Origin: Candidatus Dadabacteria bacterium
Lineage (GTDB): Bacteria > Desulfobacterota_D > UBA1144 > Nemesobacterales > CSP1-2
Direction: 5' to 3'
Assembly (NCBI GenBank): GCA_963805855.1
Contig: CAWDVW010000002.1
Location: forward strand, 384,001 to 448,000
Length of the DNA stretch: 64,000 bases
The notes beneath the pieces are model-generated. The model had not been told where the DNA came from. It saw nothing but the letters and a program-made list of their open reading frames with translations, and did no database searches. How positions within the stretch are numbered: position 1 is the stretch's first letter; each line of letters opens with the position of its first letter. Position numbers and translations under genes: made by a program. Shown in pieces: positions 21,959 to 32,005 of this stretch.

Positions 21959-22367
21959 TTTACCCCCTAATTTCTGCTGAATCGGCAAGACCTTCGGTTG
22001 AAAGTGATCGCGCGGCTTAAATGCCCACAGGCAACCCCGATCATGACCAGACGGTGCTTGGGAGTCGATCGTAATGGCAATTTGTCGCATATCATCTTCA
22101 AAGCCAATTCTGTTTTCTATATCAGTTCCATTTTCGACCCGATCGTGCTGAGCCAGGTTGAAGCACGTAAACGGTAGTCTTATCATCTTTTGAGGATTCC
22201 CGATTCACTAAATCCAATCTAGCCTTTTGCCATTTAAGCTAATTAAGATTCGGTCTTGACATATTTGTTTTATCTTCTCGTTGTGAACCTAAAATCGTTT
22301 GATTTTTCCTATTTGTAGAGGAAAAAATCTATGATAAGGTAATACACCCAAAAAAAGGAGTTAATGA

Positions 22368-23726
22368 GTGATGCAGGATAATCTAGTAAAAACGCTTTCC
22401 GACATAAGCGGCCTTATCTGGGGCATGCCTCTAATCATACTTCTTCTGGGCACCGGAATATATCTCACGATAATACTAAGAGGGATTCAATTTCGGGCTC
22501 TAATACCCTCATTATATCTAGCTCTTATCAAAAGGAAAGAGAAGGAATCATCAGAGGGAGATATTACACACTTCCAGGCGCTCATGACCGCCCTTTCCGC
22601 CACAGTCGGAGTTGGAAACATTGCCGGTGTTGCTACGGCTATCGCGTTAGGTGGGCCAGGCGCACTTTTCTGGATGTGGGTAACCGGTCTATTCGGAATG
22701 GCTACCAAATACTCTGAGGCCGTGTTAGCGATTAAATATAGAGAGGTAGACAAGTTCAACACTATGAGCGGCGGCCCGATGTACTATATATCTAAAGGGC
22801 TGGGAATCAAATGGCTCGGAGTAATTTTTGCAGTTTTTGCTTCAATCGCCGCCTTCGGAATTGGCAACATGGTCCAATCAAACTCAGTGGCAAAGGGACT
22901 GGAGTCAACTTTTGGGATTTCACCATGGGCTACAGGGGCTGTATTGTCTATTGCAACTGGGATGGTGATTCTCGGAGGGATTAGAAGTATAGCAAGGACT
23001 GCAAGTGCTATTGTCCCGTTCATGATAATCCTGTATATCGTTGGCGCGATTTTGACGCTGATCGCACACTATACAAACATTCCACAGGCTTTTAAATTGA
23101 TTTTCGTTCATGCATTCAGCCCCACTGCCGTAACTGGCGGATTTTTAGGAACAGCTTTGTCACAAACGGTCAGGATCGGGGTCGCAAGGGGAATATTCTC
23201 AAATGAATCCGGGCTTGGAAGCTCTCCCATAGTCGCCGCCGCGGCAAAGACCCGTAACCCCGTCGCACAGGGCCTAGTTTCTATGACACAAACCTTCATT
23301 GACACAATCGTAGTATGCACATTTACCGGGCTCGTCATTATCTCCAGCGGCGCATGGACAAGCGGAGAGACGGGAGCCGCGCTTTCAACGCTTGCTTTCG
23401 AAAAGGGTGTGCCATATAAATTAGGTGCTAAAATAGTTTCACTAAGTCTTGCATTCTTTGCTTATTCCACTCTACTTGGATGGTCTTATTACGGAGAGAA
23501 ATCTATAGAGTATCTGTTTAAAGAGCGTGCTGTGAAACCGTATAGAGTAATTTTCACGGTTGTAGTTTTAATTGGTGCAGTCGTTCAACTTGATTTAGTC
23601 TGGACTTTCGCAGATATCATGAACGGACTCATGGCATTCCCAAACCTTATCGGCCTCCTCGGGCTCTCGAAGGTTGTTGTGGAGGAGACAAAGAAATATC
23701 TGGATCTCGAGATATCAGGAAAGTAG
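22368..23726 (+). CDS. Sodium:alanine symporter (AGCS/AlsT family)
   Basis: [39 protein letters not shown]. Confidence 0.95.
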   Translation: MMQDNLVKTLSDISGLIWGMPLIILLLGTGIYLTIILRGIQFRALIPSLYLALIKRKEKESSEGDITHFQALMTALSATVGVGNIAGVATAIALGGPGALFWMWVTGLFGMATKYSEAVLAIKYREVDKFNTMSGGPMYYISKGLGIKWLGVIFAVFASIAAFGIGNMVQSNSVAKGLESTFGISPWATGAVLSIATGMVILGGIRSIARTASAIVPFMIILYIVGAILTLIAHYTNIPQAFKLIFVHAFSPTAVTGGFLGTALSQTVRIGVARGIFSNESGLGSSPIVAAAAKTRNPVAQGLVSMTQTFIDTIVVCTFTGLVIISSGAWTSGETGAALSTLAFEKGVPYKLGAKIVSLSLAFFAYSTLLGWSYYGEKSIEYLFKERAVKPYRVIFTVVVLIGAVVQLDLVWTFADIMNGLMAFPNLIGLLGLSKVVVEETKKYLDLEISGK

Positions 23727-23950
23727 GATCACTTCCTTTTTAATCAACAATGCATGAAGAATGTTGCCGTTGCTAACGATAGCGAAGTAACCTCTATTTT
23801 CTAGATTGCTTCGCCACGGAGCTTGCCGCTCACCCTGAGTGATGTCGAAGGGTGAACGGTTCTTTTTATTAAAACAATGCTCTTCCTCCGAAGTAGCCAT
23901 TAATAAGAAATCAAAGTGAATTATTCTTAACCATTTTTCTAAAAACCTAT

Positions 23951-23979
23951 TTGACTTTATTTCCTAAAGTTAATAAAAT
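23951..23979 (+). promoter_or_regulatory. Sigma70-like promoter for the GNAT-led operon
   Basis: TTGACT-17 nt-TAAAAT, 33 nt upstream of ATG 24013. Confidence 0.65.
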
Positions 23980-24012
23980 GTGGAATATAGTTAACGCCTA
24001 ATCGGGGAAAGA

Positions 24013-24462
24013 ATGTCGAAATATATCATTAAAATCGCTGAAACTGATGATGAACTAAAAGAATATTTTCGTGTTCGCAACGAGGTTTTTGTAAAGGAGC
24101 AAGGGATATTTACCGAGACAGATGTTGACGAACATGATCCGAGCGCAACTCACATAATCGCAGTCGAAGCCTCAAGCAGTAATGTAGTAGGCGTTGTCAG
24201 ATGCTACAGTAAGGATGGAAACACATGGTTTGGCGGCAGACTGGGAGCCTTACCAGATTACCGCAATGGCAGGGTTGGGTCTCGTCTTGTGCGATTTGCT
24301 GTGAGTACTGCTAAATCAAAGGGCTGCAAAAAATTCCTGGCATACATACAGCCCAACAATGTGAGATTCTTCCAGAGACTTGATTGGGAAAAAATAGGAG
24401 AGCCAATTATCTATGAAGGCATGCCACACCAATTGATGGAAGCGAATTTGGATTCGTACTAA
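24013..24462 (+). CDS. GNAT N-acetyltransferase, MSMEG_0567 N-terminal / NitE-like
   Basis: R.EVFV.EQGIF, WFGGRL, LVRFAVSTA...GC..FLAYIQ..NV.FF.RL.W, PH.LM.A.L pattern; cluster context. Confidence 0.85.
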   Translation: MSKYIIKIAETDDELKEYFRVRNEVFVKEQGIFTETDVDEHDPSATHIIAVEASSSNVVGVVRCYSKDGNTWFGGRLGALPDYRNGRVGSRLVRFAVSTAKSKGCKKFLAYIQPNNVRFFQRLDWEKIGEPIIYEGMPHQLMEANLDSY

Positions 24463-24465
24463 TAT

Positions 24466-24563
24466 CACGATGCACGATGCAGGATTCAGGATGCAACTAT
24501 GAAAAAAAAGAACTTACATCGTGCATCATGCATCATGGATCATGTATGGTGAATCGTGCATCC
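24466..24563. repeat. Heptamer GATRCAN inverted-repeat element, copy 2
   Basis: CACGATG CACGATG CAGGATT CAGGATG ... CATCGTG CATCATG CATCATG GATCATG. Confidence 0.9.
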
Positions 24564-24610
24564 GCAATTGTTGACGATACCGTGTTATTAAAAAAGAATG
24601 GGAATCCACT

Positions 24611-25600
24611 ATGGATGAGCTAATAACTGCTTTACGCAGCTCCACACGTTTAGCCGAAAAGGTAAATTTAAGGAACCTCTGGGACATCATACCGGGTGTC
24701 TGCGAAGTTGACGGTAGAAATGTGATTCTTGGTGACGATGCGGCTGCTATAGAGACAAACGATGGTTATCTATTGGCGGCGGCTGAAGGCGTTTACCCCG
24801 AACTTCTGAAATCAAATCCCTACCTTGCAGGGCGCACCTCAGTCCTCACAAATGTGAGCGATATTTACGCTATGGGTGGAAGACCAATAGCGATCCTGGA
24901 TGTACTATTTTCACCCAATTTAGAAGAAGTCAATGATATAGTGCGAGGTATAAAGGATAATGCGTACCGATATCATGTACCACTTGTAGGAGGTCATTTA
25001 AATCGCCGAACAAATTTCTCTTCCCTCTCAGTCTTTATCATAGGTAGGGCTACAAGCCTACTCTCCAGTTTTAATGCCCAAGAAGGCGATGACTTGGTTT
25101 TCGTTTGCAGCCTAGATGGAAAATTCTATTCGGGATTTAATTTCTGGGATTCCTCCAGCGAATTGAGTAGTGAAGACGCTCTCAGACAATTGGAATTGTT
25201 TCCGCGACTTGCGGAAGAAGGAAAGGTTGATACCGCGAAGGACGTTAGCATGGCAGGTTTAATTGGATCAGTACTGATGCTTTTGGAGTGTTCCGGAAAA
25301 GGTGCGGAGATACAAATAGAGAGGATTCCGAAGCCTGATGAGATCCCATTGAGGGATTGGTTGATTACCTTCCCGAGTTACGGATTTATTCTATCGATAA
25401 GACCGCAATACACCGCAGACGTTAAGAAGATATTCGATTCCATTAATCTCACGTGCGAAGTGATCGGTAAGATTATCGGCGGCAGTAATGTCTCATTTGT
25501 AAAAAATGGCGCTGAGAAAAGACTATTCTGGGACACCGAAGTCCAGCCCTTAATTGGTATTGGAAAAGATAGATTTAATAAGGTGAAAAATGGGAAATGA
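24611..25600 (+). CDS. AIR synthase (PurM/SelD-fold)-related protein, sll0787/NitF-like
   Basis: GDDAAAI, NVSDIYAMGGRP, VGGH, AKDVSMAG, FPSYGF motifs. Confidence 0.88.
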   Translation: MDELITALRSSTRLAEKVNLRNLWDIIPGVCEVDGRNVILGDDAAAIETNDGYLLAAAEGVYPELLKSNPYLAGRTSVLTNVSDIYAMGGRPIAILDVLFSPNLEEVNDIVRGIKDNAYRYHVPLVGGHLNRRTNFSSLSVFIIGRATSLLSSFNAQEGDDLVFVCSLDGKFYSGFNFWDSSSELSSEDALRQLELFPRLAEEGKVDTAKDVSMAGLIGSVLMLLECSGKGAEIQIERIPKPDEIPLRDWLITFPSYGFILSIRPQYTADVKKIFDSINLTCEVIGKIIGGSNVSFVKNGAEKRLFWDTEVQPLIGIGKDRFNKVKNGK

Positions 25601-26177
25601 ACAGAATCAGATAGAGGACATAGTTTCCAAACTAGGTGAAAAAATCAAACGAATCCGATTGGATAGGGGCCTGTCCCTTAAAGACTTGTCGGTAAAATCG
25701 GGGATCTCCGCAGCAGCCATCCACAAGATAGAGTCTAATGGAATAATCCCGACTATAACGACCATGATGAAGATCTCCGACGCCCTGGGAAAAGAAGTAA
25801 GCTATTTCATCGAAGAAAAACGGGGGAAAAAAGATGTCTTTTACGTACCTGCTCGAAAACGTGAAAGCATTTTCACATTTAAGAAGGGATTAAAGCTTCG
25901 TGGCATTTCCGCAAAGAAATACGGAGATTTCATGATGACGGCCGCCTATGCGGTGGTTGATGTAGGGGCCTCAAGCGGTAGAAAACCAATGAAACATAGA
26001 GGAGAAGAGCTCGTATATTGCCTTAAAGGAAAAATGGAACTGCGAATAGGTAATGAAACATATACCCTTGGACCCGGCGACAGCATTCACTTCAGGACTG
26101 ACATCAATCATAGCTGGAAAAATACCGCCGACACTCAAGCAGAGTTAATTTGGGTGCTAGCCGTCGAGCCTTCATGA
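25590..26177 (+). CDS. XRE-family HTH regulator with C-terminal cupin
   Basis: LSLKDLS..SGIS...IHKIE HTH; H.GEELVY.L.G and GDSIHF...INH cupin motifs. Confidence 0.93.
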   Translation: MGNEQNQIEDIVSKLGEKIKRIRLDRGLSLKDLSVKSGISAAAIHKIESNGIIPTITTMMKISDALGKEVSYFIEEKRGKKDVFYVPARKRESIFTFKKGLKLRGISAKKYGDFMMTAAYAVVDVGASSGRKPMKHRGEELVYCLKGKMELRIGNETYTLGPGDSIHFRTDINHSWKNTADTQAELIWVLAVEPS

Positions 26178-26179
26178 GG

Positions 26180-26286
26180 CAAGATACATGATGCAAGATG
26201 CAGGATACAGGATACAAGACAGTAGAAGAAAATATAAGTTAATCGTTAATCGTGAATCGTGAATCATGGATCGTGGATCATGCATC
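26180..26286. repeat. Heptamer GATRCAN inverted-repeat element, copy 3
   Basis: CAAGATA CATGATG CAAGATG CAGGATA CAGGATA ... AATCGTG AATCGTG AATCATG GATCGTG GATCATG CATC. Confidence 0.9.
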
Positions 26287-26299
26287 TCTTATTAAGAAC

Positions 26300-27602
26300 A
26301 TGGTTGCTAAAATAAAAAGTCAGAAAAAAACAGAAACTAGGACATTAACGTATCTAGGTCAGCGAATTAATGAAGCCAACACACTTGCGGTAGACAGGAT
26401 CTTATCGGTTGAACCGGTTCTTCATTGATGTTGATACCGCAGTTAATGTAATACCGGGCATGACTCCCGATACTGTACTACATGCAGGTCCTCCGATTGA
26501 ATGGGAAAGAATGTGCGATCCGATGAAGAGGGCAGTTAGAGGAGCTTTAGTGCTCGAGGGCCTTGCGGAAAATGACGAGGCCGCGGACCAACTACTAAAA
26601 AGAAAAAAGGTAAAGCTCTCGCCAAATCATCACCATGACGCAGTGGGGCCTATGACCGGAATTATCTCGTCTTCAATGCCTGTTATTGTTACAAAAGACT
26701 CAACCTTCGGCAATAAAGTCTATTCCACGTTTAATGAGGGCGCAGGCAAAGTCCTATGGTTTGGGTCATTCGGAAAAGAGACCCTTGAGCGTCTCAAGTG
26801 GATTCGGGACATTTTTGGTCCCGTAATGAAGAAGGTTATCAAAAAAGCACAAGGCATCCCAATATGGAGCATCCTGGCCCAGGGAATTCAGATGGGAGAT
26901 GAGTGCCATAATCGTCACGCGGCATCATCAAATCTTTTTCTTAAAAGAATCCTAGAACCACTCGTTTCAATCGATCTTTCAAAAAAAGTCTTGTTGCAGG
27001 TCTATAACTTTATTGCCGGAAATAGCCATTTCTTTCTGAACATGACCATGACTGCATGTAAACTCTCGATGGACGCGGCAAGGGATATAAGAGAATCAAC
27101 CGTTGTCACAGCAATGTCTAGAAACGGGACTGATTTTGGTATTCGAATAAGTGGACTTGGGAATGAATGGTTCACGGCACCTGCTCCTTATCTCAAGGAT
27201 GCCCTTTATAACCCTGGATATAACTTCAATGACGGAGCCCCAGATATAGGCGATAGCTCAATCATAGAAACAATGGGACTTGGAGGGTTCGCCATCGCAG
27301 CCGCACCTGCAATGGCATCGTTTACCGGAGGAGGCTTTCAAGAGTCCATAAGAATTACAAAGGAGATGGGTCTAATAACTCTCGTAAAGAATCAGAAGTT
27401 CGGGATCCCGGTTTTGGATTTCGAGGGAACTCCCACAGGCATTGATTTACGAAAGGTCGTCGAAATTGGCATTAGTCCAAGTATAAACAGCGCCGTAGTA
27501 CATAAAAGCTCAGGCGCCGGTCAGATAGGCGCGGGAATCGTAAAGGCCCCATATGAATGTTTTTCGAAGGCGCTAAAGGCTTTTGGAAGGAAATACAGAT
27601 GA
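26300..27602 (+). CDS. DUF1116 / YlbE (AllG)-like protein, with an apparent single-base insertion near 26423
   Basis: LHAGPP, AVGPM.G, MGDECHNRH, RNG.DFGI, DIGDS motifs; upstream frame from ATG 26300 (...INEANTLAVDRILSVEPVL) joins IDVDTA if one base is removed. Confidence 0.85.
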
Positions 27603-27684
27603 TGCACGATACAGGATGCAAGATGCAGGATAATAAAAGAAAGTATGGGTTCATCGTGAATCATGCGTCATGAATCTTGAATCA
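27598..27684. repeat. Heptamer GATRCAN inverted-repeat element, copy 4
   Basis: GATGCAC GATACAG GATGCAA GATGCAG ... CATCGTG AATCATG CGTCATG AATCTTG AATC. Confidence 0.9.
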
Positions 27685-27697
27685 TTAAGAGAAAACC

Positions 27698-29257
27698 ATG
27701 GCTATAGTCAGCACGGTTAAGAAAAACTTCTATCAGGATTCGATGAAGCTTATGCAGATTAGCCAAAAGCTAAGCAATCTTAGCGGAATCAAAAAGGCGG
27801 CAGCAATCATGGCAACTAAAGCTAATCTAGCTATGCTGAAGGAGACGGGATTACTTAAGAAAGAAACTGATTCAGCCAGTCCTAACGATCTTATAGTAGC
27901 AATTGAAGCAGAATCTGAAAAAGAAGCAAATGAAGCTCTAAAGATGTTGGACACCCTTCTTGCCCCTCATCAAGCCGGCATTACCGCAAAATTTGAATAT
28001 AAGGATCTTGATTCAGCCCAAAATGATTTGCCTCAGTCGAATATTGCAGTCATTTCCGTTCCCGGAGAATATGCAAAGTTGGAGGTCGCGAAGGCTGTTG
28101 ACAGGGATCTCCATGTCTTTCTGTTTAGCGATAACGTATCAATCGGTGAAGAGATTGAGCTCAAGCTTAGGGCAAAAGAGAAGGGCTTACTAATGATGGG
28201 TCCTGGTTGTGGAACCGCGATCATCAATGGAGTAGGACTTGGATTTGCAAATGTCGTCAATCGGGGTCCAATAGGGGTTATCGCAGCCGCCGGGACTGGA
28301 ATGCAAGAAGTTACTAGCCTGATAAACAATTGGGGATCAGGAATTTCGCACGCAATCGGAGTCGGCGGTAGAGACCTGTCTGACAAGGTGGGGGGAATAA
28401 TGACGATAGAGGCAATAAGGATGCTTCAGGGCGATGAAGGAACAAAAGCCCTTCTTCTGGTTTCCAAGCCCCCTTCAGATAAGGTAGCAAGAAGGGTCAT
28501 AGATTTTATTCGCAAAGGTGGCCTACCAGCTGTTATATGCTTTCTCGGAATGAAAAACATTAAGGCTAAAGATTCAAAAACGCAGTTTGCCACAAATTTG
28601 GACCAATCCGCGCTTGACGCAATTAAACTGGTGGGAGCAGGGAATACCGCTCCCAAGGTTCTTTCTCACAACAAGTGGAAAAAAGCCGCTCAGAAGTGTC
28701 AAAGCCTTTTAAATACCGATCAGATTTATCTTCGCGGTTTATTCTCTGGTGGAACCCTTTGCTATGAAGCCCAGCAAATCCTGACGCCAATGCTCGGCAA
28801 AATATATTCCAATGCCCCACTCGATAAGCAAAACAAATTAAGACATTCAAACGTTAGCAAGCAGCACACATGTATTGATCTGGGCGAGGAAGAGTTTACG
28901 AAGGGACGCCCTCATCCGATGATTGATGCGACACAGCGAAATGAACGGTTACTACAAGAGGCATCCAAGCCCGATGTTGCCGTGATCCTATTCGACGTGG
29001 TACTTGGATATGGTGCAAGCTCTGACCCTGCCGGTGATCTGATTCCGGCTATAGATGAATCAAACAGATTAGCGAAAAAGAAAGGCCGTTCTATCGCATT
29101 TGTAGCACATGTTTGTGGTACAGAGCAAGACCCTCAGGATCTAAAATCGCAGGTCAAGAAGCTGGAAAAAGCCGGAGTCATTGTTCTTCCCACAAACGCT
29201 TTAGCGTCCAGAGTAGCAGGGTTAATAGCAAAAGGCATGAAGACTAAAATATCCTAA
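27698..29257 (+). CDS. fdrA: FdrA (AllF)-like acyl-CoA-synthetase-fold protein lacking the short C-terminal domain
   Basis: YQDSMKLM, ISVPGEYA, FSDNV, MGPGCGT, GVGGRDLS, GLFSGGTL, GRPHPMID, GTEQDPQ. Confidence 0.92.
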   Translation: MAIVSTVKKNFYQDSMKLMQISQKLSNLSGIKKAAAIMATKANLAMLKETGLLKKETDSASPNDLIVAIEAESEKEANEALKMLDTLLAPHQAGITAKFEYKDLDSAQNDLPQSNIAVISVPGEYAKLEVAKAVDRDLHVFLFSDNVSIGEEIELKLRAKEKGLLMMGPGCGTAIINGVGLGFANVVNRGPIGVIAAAGTGMQEVTSLINNWGSGISHAIGVGGRDLSDKVGGIMTIEAIRMLQGDEGTKALLLVSKPPSDKVARRVIDFIRKGGLPAVICFLGMKNIKAKDSKTQFATNLDQSALDAIKLVGAGNTAPKVLSHNKWKKAAQKCQSLLNTDQIYLRGLFSGGTLCYEAQQILTPMLGKIYSNAPLDKQNKLRHSNVSKQHTCIDLGEEEFTKGRPHPMIDATQRNERLLQEASKPDVAVILFDVVLGYGASSDPAGDLIPAIDESNRLAKKKGRSIAFVAHVCGTEQDPQDLKSQVKKLEKAGVIVLPTNALASRVAGLIAKGMKTKIS

Positions 29258-29274
29258 TAAGCGGAGGAAATGTA

Positions 29275-30213
29275 ATGAAGGTAGCTGTAGTAGCATTTGG
29301 CGGAAACGCCCTCATGGGGCACGAGGGTAAAAGCAATTATGCAGACCAGATTAGGAGAACAGATACAATATGTAGAAAACTACTCGGCCTGTTTCAATTG
29401 GGATATAGGATTATAATCACCCACGGTAATGGTCCGCAGGTAGGAAATATCCTGATGCAGCAGGAATGTCTAATAGATTCTCTACCGCCAATGCCACTTG
29501 ACGTATGCAACGCAATGACACAGGGACAGATTGGATATATGATAGAACAGAGGTTACGAAACATATTGGAGGAAAAAAAGATCAAGAGGTCCGTTATAGT
29601 TTTAGCTACACAGGTAGTAGTGTCAGAAAATGATCCCGCATTTAAAAATCCAACAAAGTTCATCGGGCCTTTTTTCAGACAAGAGGAAACCGAAAGACTC
29701 GAAAAGGAGAAAGGTTGGGATATGAAAGAGGATTCAGGTCGGGGTTACAGACGTGTAGTTCCATCTCCAAGACCAATAGATATAGTAGAAAAGGACGAAA
29801 TCTCAGACATGGCAAACAGAGATTTAGTCGTAGTAGCATGTGGGGGTGGAGGAATTCCAGTGCTTAGAGACAAAAAAGGGAAACTAAAGGGCGTTGCCGC
29901 CGTCATTGATAAAGATTATGCAGCTGAAAGACTCGCGAGTCTCATAGGCGCGGATTCGCTGATTTTAATAACGCCCGTCGACAAGGTATCAATATTCTAC
30001 GGAACATCAAAACAGAAAGACCTTGGAAGAATATCACTCGAAGAATTGAAAGGTTACTACGATGAAGGGCATTTCCCGGCAGGGAGCATGGGGCCTAAGA
30101 TCGAGGCCACTATGAAGTTTATCAGCGAAGGCGGAAAAAGGACGATTATTACCTCGATAAAAGGTCTCGATGATGCGATAAAAGGCAAAGATGGTACAGT
30201 AATAACGCAATGA
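29275..30213 (+). CDS. arcC: Carbamate kinase
   Basis: GGNAL, HGNGPQVG, PTKFIG, RRVVPSP, GGGGIPV, VIDKD, GSMGPK. Confidence 0.96.
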   Translation: MKVAVVAFGGNALMGHEGKSNYADQIRRTDTICRKLLGLFQLGYRIIITHGNGPQVGNILMQQECLIDSLPPMPLDVCNAMTQGQIGYMIEQRLRNILEEKKIKRSVIVLATQVVVSENDPAFKNPTKFIGPFFRQEETERLEKEKGWDMKEDSGRGYRRVVPSPRPIDIVEKDEISDMANRDLVVVACGGGGIPVLRDKKGKLKGVAAVIDKDYAAERLASLIGADSLILITPVDKVSIFYGTSKQKDLGRISLEELKGYYDEGHFPAGSMGPKIEATMKFISEGGKRTIITSIKGLDDAIKGKDGTVITQ

Positions 30214-30403
30214 AACAATGTCAAAAACCAGGAGCAGTTTGTAGAGGATTAATCTATAGAAATAATCTAAAATCGTTATTTGAAATGAATTTGGTAATCG
30301 ACTAAAGAGCTTCAGGGAATTTGCGAGTTTTCGGAATCTACGAGATGATTTGCTTTATGGGACATCTAATTACCGAGATTCTTATTCATTAAAAATTTAC
30401 TTG

Positions 30404-30432
30404 TTGCTTTTGTTGAACTTTTGTAATATGAT
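30404..30432 (+). promoter_or_regulatory. Putative sigma70-like promoter for the amidohydrolase-NitB-radical SAM unit
   Basis: TTGCTT-17 nt-TATGAT; AGGAGGT RBS before GTG 30507. Confidence 0.5.
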
Positions 30433-30506
30433 GGGATAATAAGGGGTATGAGTGAACCGATTAAGCATCAGAATTAACTACACAACAACATTAGGAGGTG
30501 ATCTAA

Positions 30507-31352
30507 GTGAAAGTAAACAGAAAGGTTTTTGATGCCCATTCACATATAGGCGAGCTAGCAGCATATAAATTCTATGATTTGGCAGAACCTGTTAAACCCA
30601 CCGTAATCGAGTATCCAACTTATAAAGAATATCTAAAACATATGGACGAGTATGGAGTTGATCGAGCGATGGTGATTTCTAATTATGGAGTGCCGGACTC
30701 AGGTCAACCATTTACATTGAATCCAATTGTGATTGATGGTGTCCATCAGGCAGACCGCCTTGTTGGAGCTATTTGGGTTTCTGGTCTTGCAAAAGACAAA
30801 GAACGGACGGCTGAGGCATTAAAACACGTTAAAGAAAAAGGTATAGTTGCTCTAAAATCTACATGCCTTCTTGGGGGCACATACAATCCTGGAGAATGGG
30901 ATGATGAAGCGCGAGCATTATGGGAAAGCATCATTAACGCCGCCGAGCAAAATCACCTTGTATTACATATTCATACAAGCCCTGGCGGAGGTTCAGACAT
31001 CTCAAACGCACTCGAGCTAGTTAAACAGTATGGGAAAAGAATCAAAATACATCTGGTACACATGGGTGGATTTGTCAGCGGACATATAAAGCTGGTGCCA
31101 AAATTTATTAATTTGGTGAAAGAAGGTTTTATGGTTTATACGGATACAACTTGGGCAGTTGGCTTTGGGTCACGCTGGTTACTCAATGAGATTGAGAAAA
31201 CCGGAGTTGGTTCTGATAACGTCCTTTTTGCATCCGACACTCCGTGGAGTGACTTTCCTTCGGAGTTCTGGAAGATTGAAGGCGCAAGTATTTCTGAGGA
31301 ATTGAAAAATAAGATCTTTTGGGAAAATGCCCAGAAACTTTATTCTAGATAA
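30507..31352 (+). CDS. TIM-barrel metal-dependent amidohydrolase (Amidohydro_2-like)
   Basis: DAHSH, HIHT, HMGG, FASDTP and ENA..L motifs. Confidence 0.88.
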   Translation: MKVNRKVFDAHSHIGELAAYKFYDLAEPVKPTVIEYPTYKEYLKHMDEYGVDRAMVISNYGVPDSGQPFTLNPIVIDGVHQADRLVGAIWVSGLAKDKERTAEALKHVKEKGIVALKSTCLLGGTYNPGEWDDEARALWESIINAAEQNHLVLHIHTSPGGGSDISNALELVKQYGKRIKIHLVHMGGFVSGHIKLVPKFINLVKEGFMVYTDTTWAVGFGSRWLLNEIEKTGVGSDNVLFASDTPWSDFPSEFWKIEGASISEELKNKIFWENAQKLYSR

Positions 31353-31379
31353 AAAATATCATATAAGGAGGTAGTAAAA

Positions 31380-31871
31380 ATGGCAGTCGACAGAGTAAAA
31401 GGAGAGAAACCAACTAAAGGAAAGGCGTTGGTAGATTATGAGGAGAAAGTATTTCCAGATCATAAAGCAAAGGAAGGGGAAAAGGCGTTATTCCTTATCC
31501 ACTCGGTGCCCTATGAAGGATCTGTGGCTGGTATTAACATGCTTACAGCTATAAGGGCTAAAAAGAAGGGTTATGATGTTAGTGTACTGTTTTACGGCCC
31601 CGCTTCCGGCATACCAGTATATCGGGGCTGGCCCAACGTTGGGGACGACGGCTATGGTGCTGGGATACAGTTATACCCAAACCTTGTCGCAAGATTGATT
31701 AATGAAGGAATAACGGTCTATGCATGTCGCTTCTCAGCTGCTTCGCTTTGCGGTCTCAGAGAAGATGACTTTCTGGAGGGTGTAAGGCCGATACATCCGA
31801 CCGACATTTTGGACATAGTAATCGAACACCATAGAGCCGGTGCAATGATGTTCAGCACTTGGACTGTTTGA
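31380..31871 (+). CDS. MSMEG_0572 / sll0783 / NitB-family DsrE-like protein
   Basis: LVDYEEKVFPD.KA..GEKAL, H.V.YEGS, YGP, VYACRFS, terminal TWTV. Confidence 0.88.
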   Translation: MAVDRVKGEKPTKGKALVDYEEKVFPDHKAKEGEKALFLIHSVPYEGSVAGINMLTAIRAKKKGYDVSVLFYGPASGIPVYRGWPNVGDDGYGAGIQLYPNLVARLINEGITVYACRFSAASLCGLREDDFLEGVRPIHPTDILDIVIEHHRAGAMMFSTWTV

Positions 31872-32005
31872 GAACAATTTATTTATTAGCAGTTAGCTGT
31901 TTTAATATTGATTTTTAGAGATACAATAAAACGATCATTCTTTGGTATGCAAGGCCATAGAGTGGTTGAGTGGGTAATATTGCCAAACTTATCCGGGGGT
32001 GATAA

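Noticed and set aside
21875-22186. 103-aa minus-strand ORF
   Set aside because: Overlaps the greA 3' end and shows no recognisable motif in any frame; could be a gene remnant but is unsupported.
24611-25600. Selenophosphate synthetase SelD
   Set aside because: Lacks the N-terminal Cys/Sec-x-x-Lys motif; fits the sll0787-type AIR-synthase-like family better.
26417-26428. prfB-like programmed +1 frameshift
   Set aside because: The sequence is CTT CAT TGA rather than CTT TGA, with no evident internal Shine-Dalgarno.
18014-27684. CRISPR array interpretation of the heptamer repeats
   Set aside because: No constant 25-45 nt repeat with unique spacers and no cas genes in the window.
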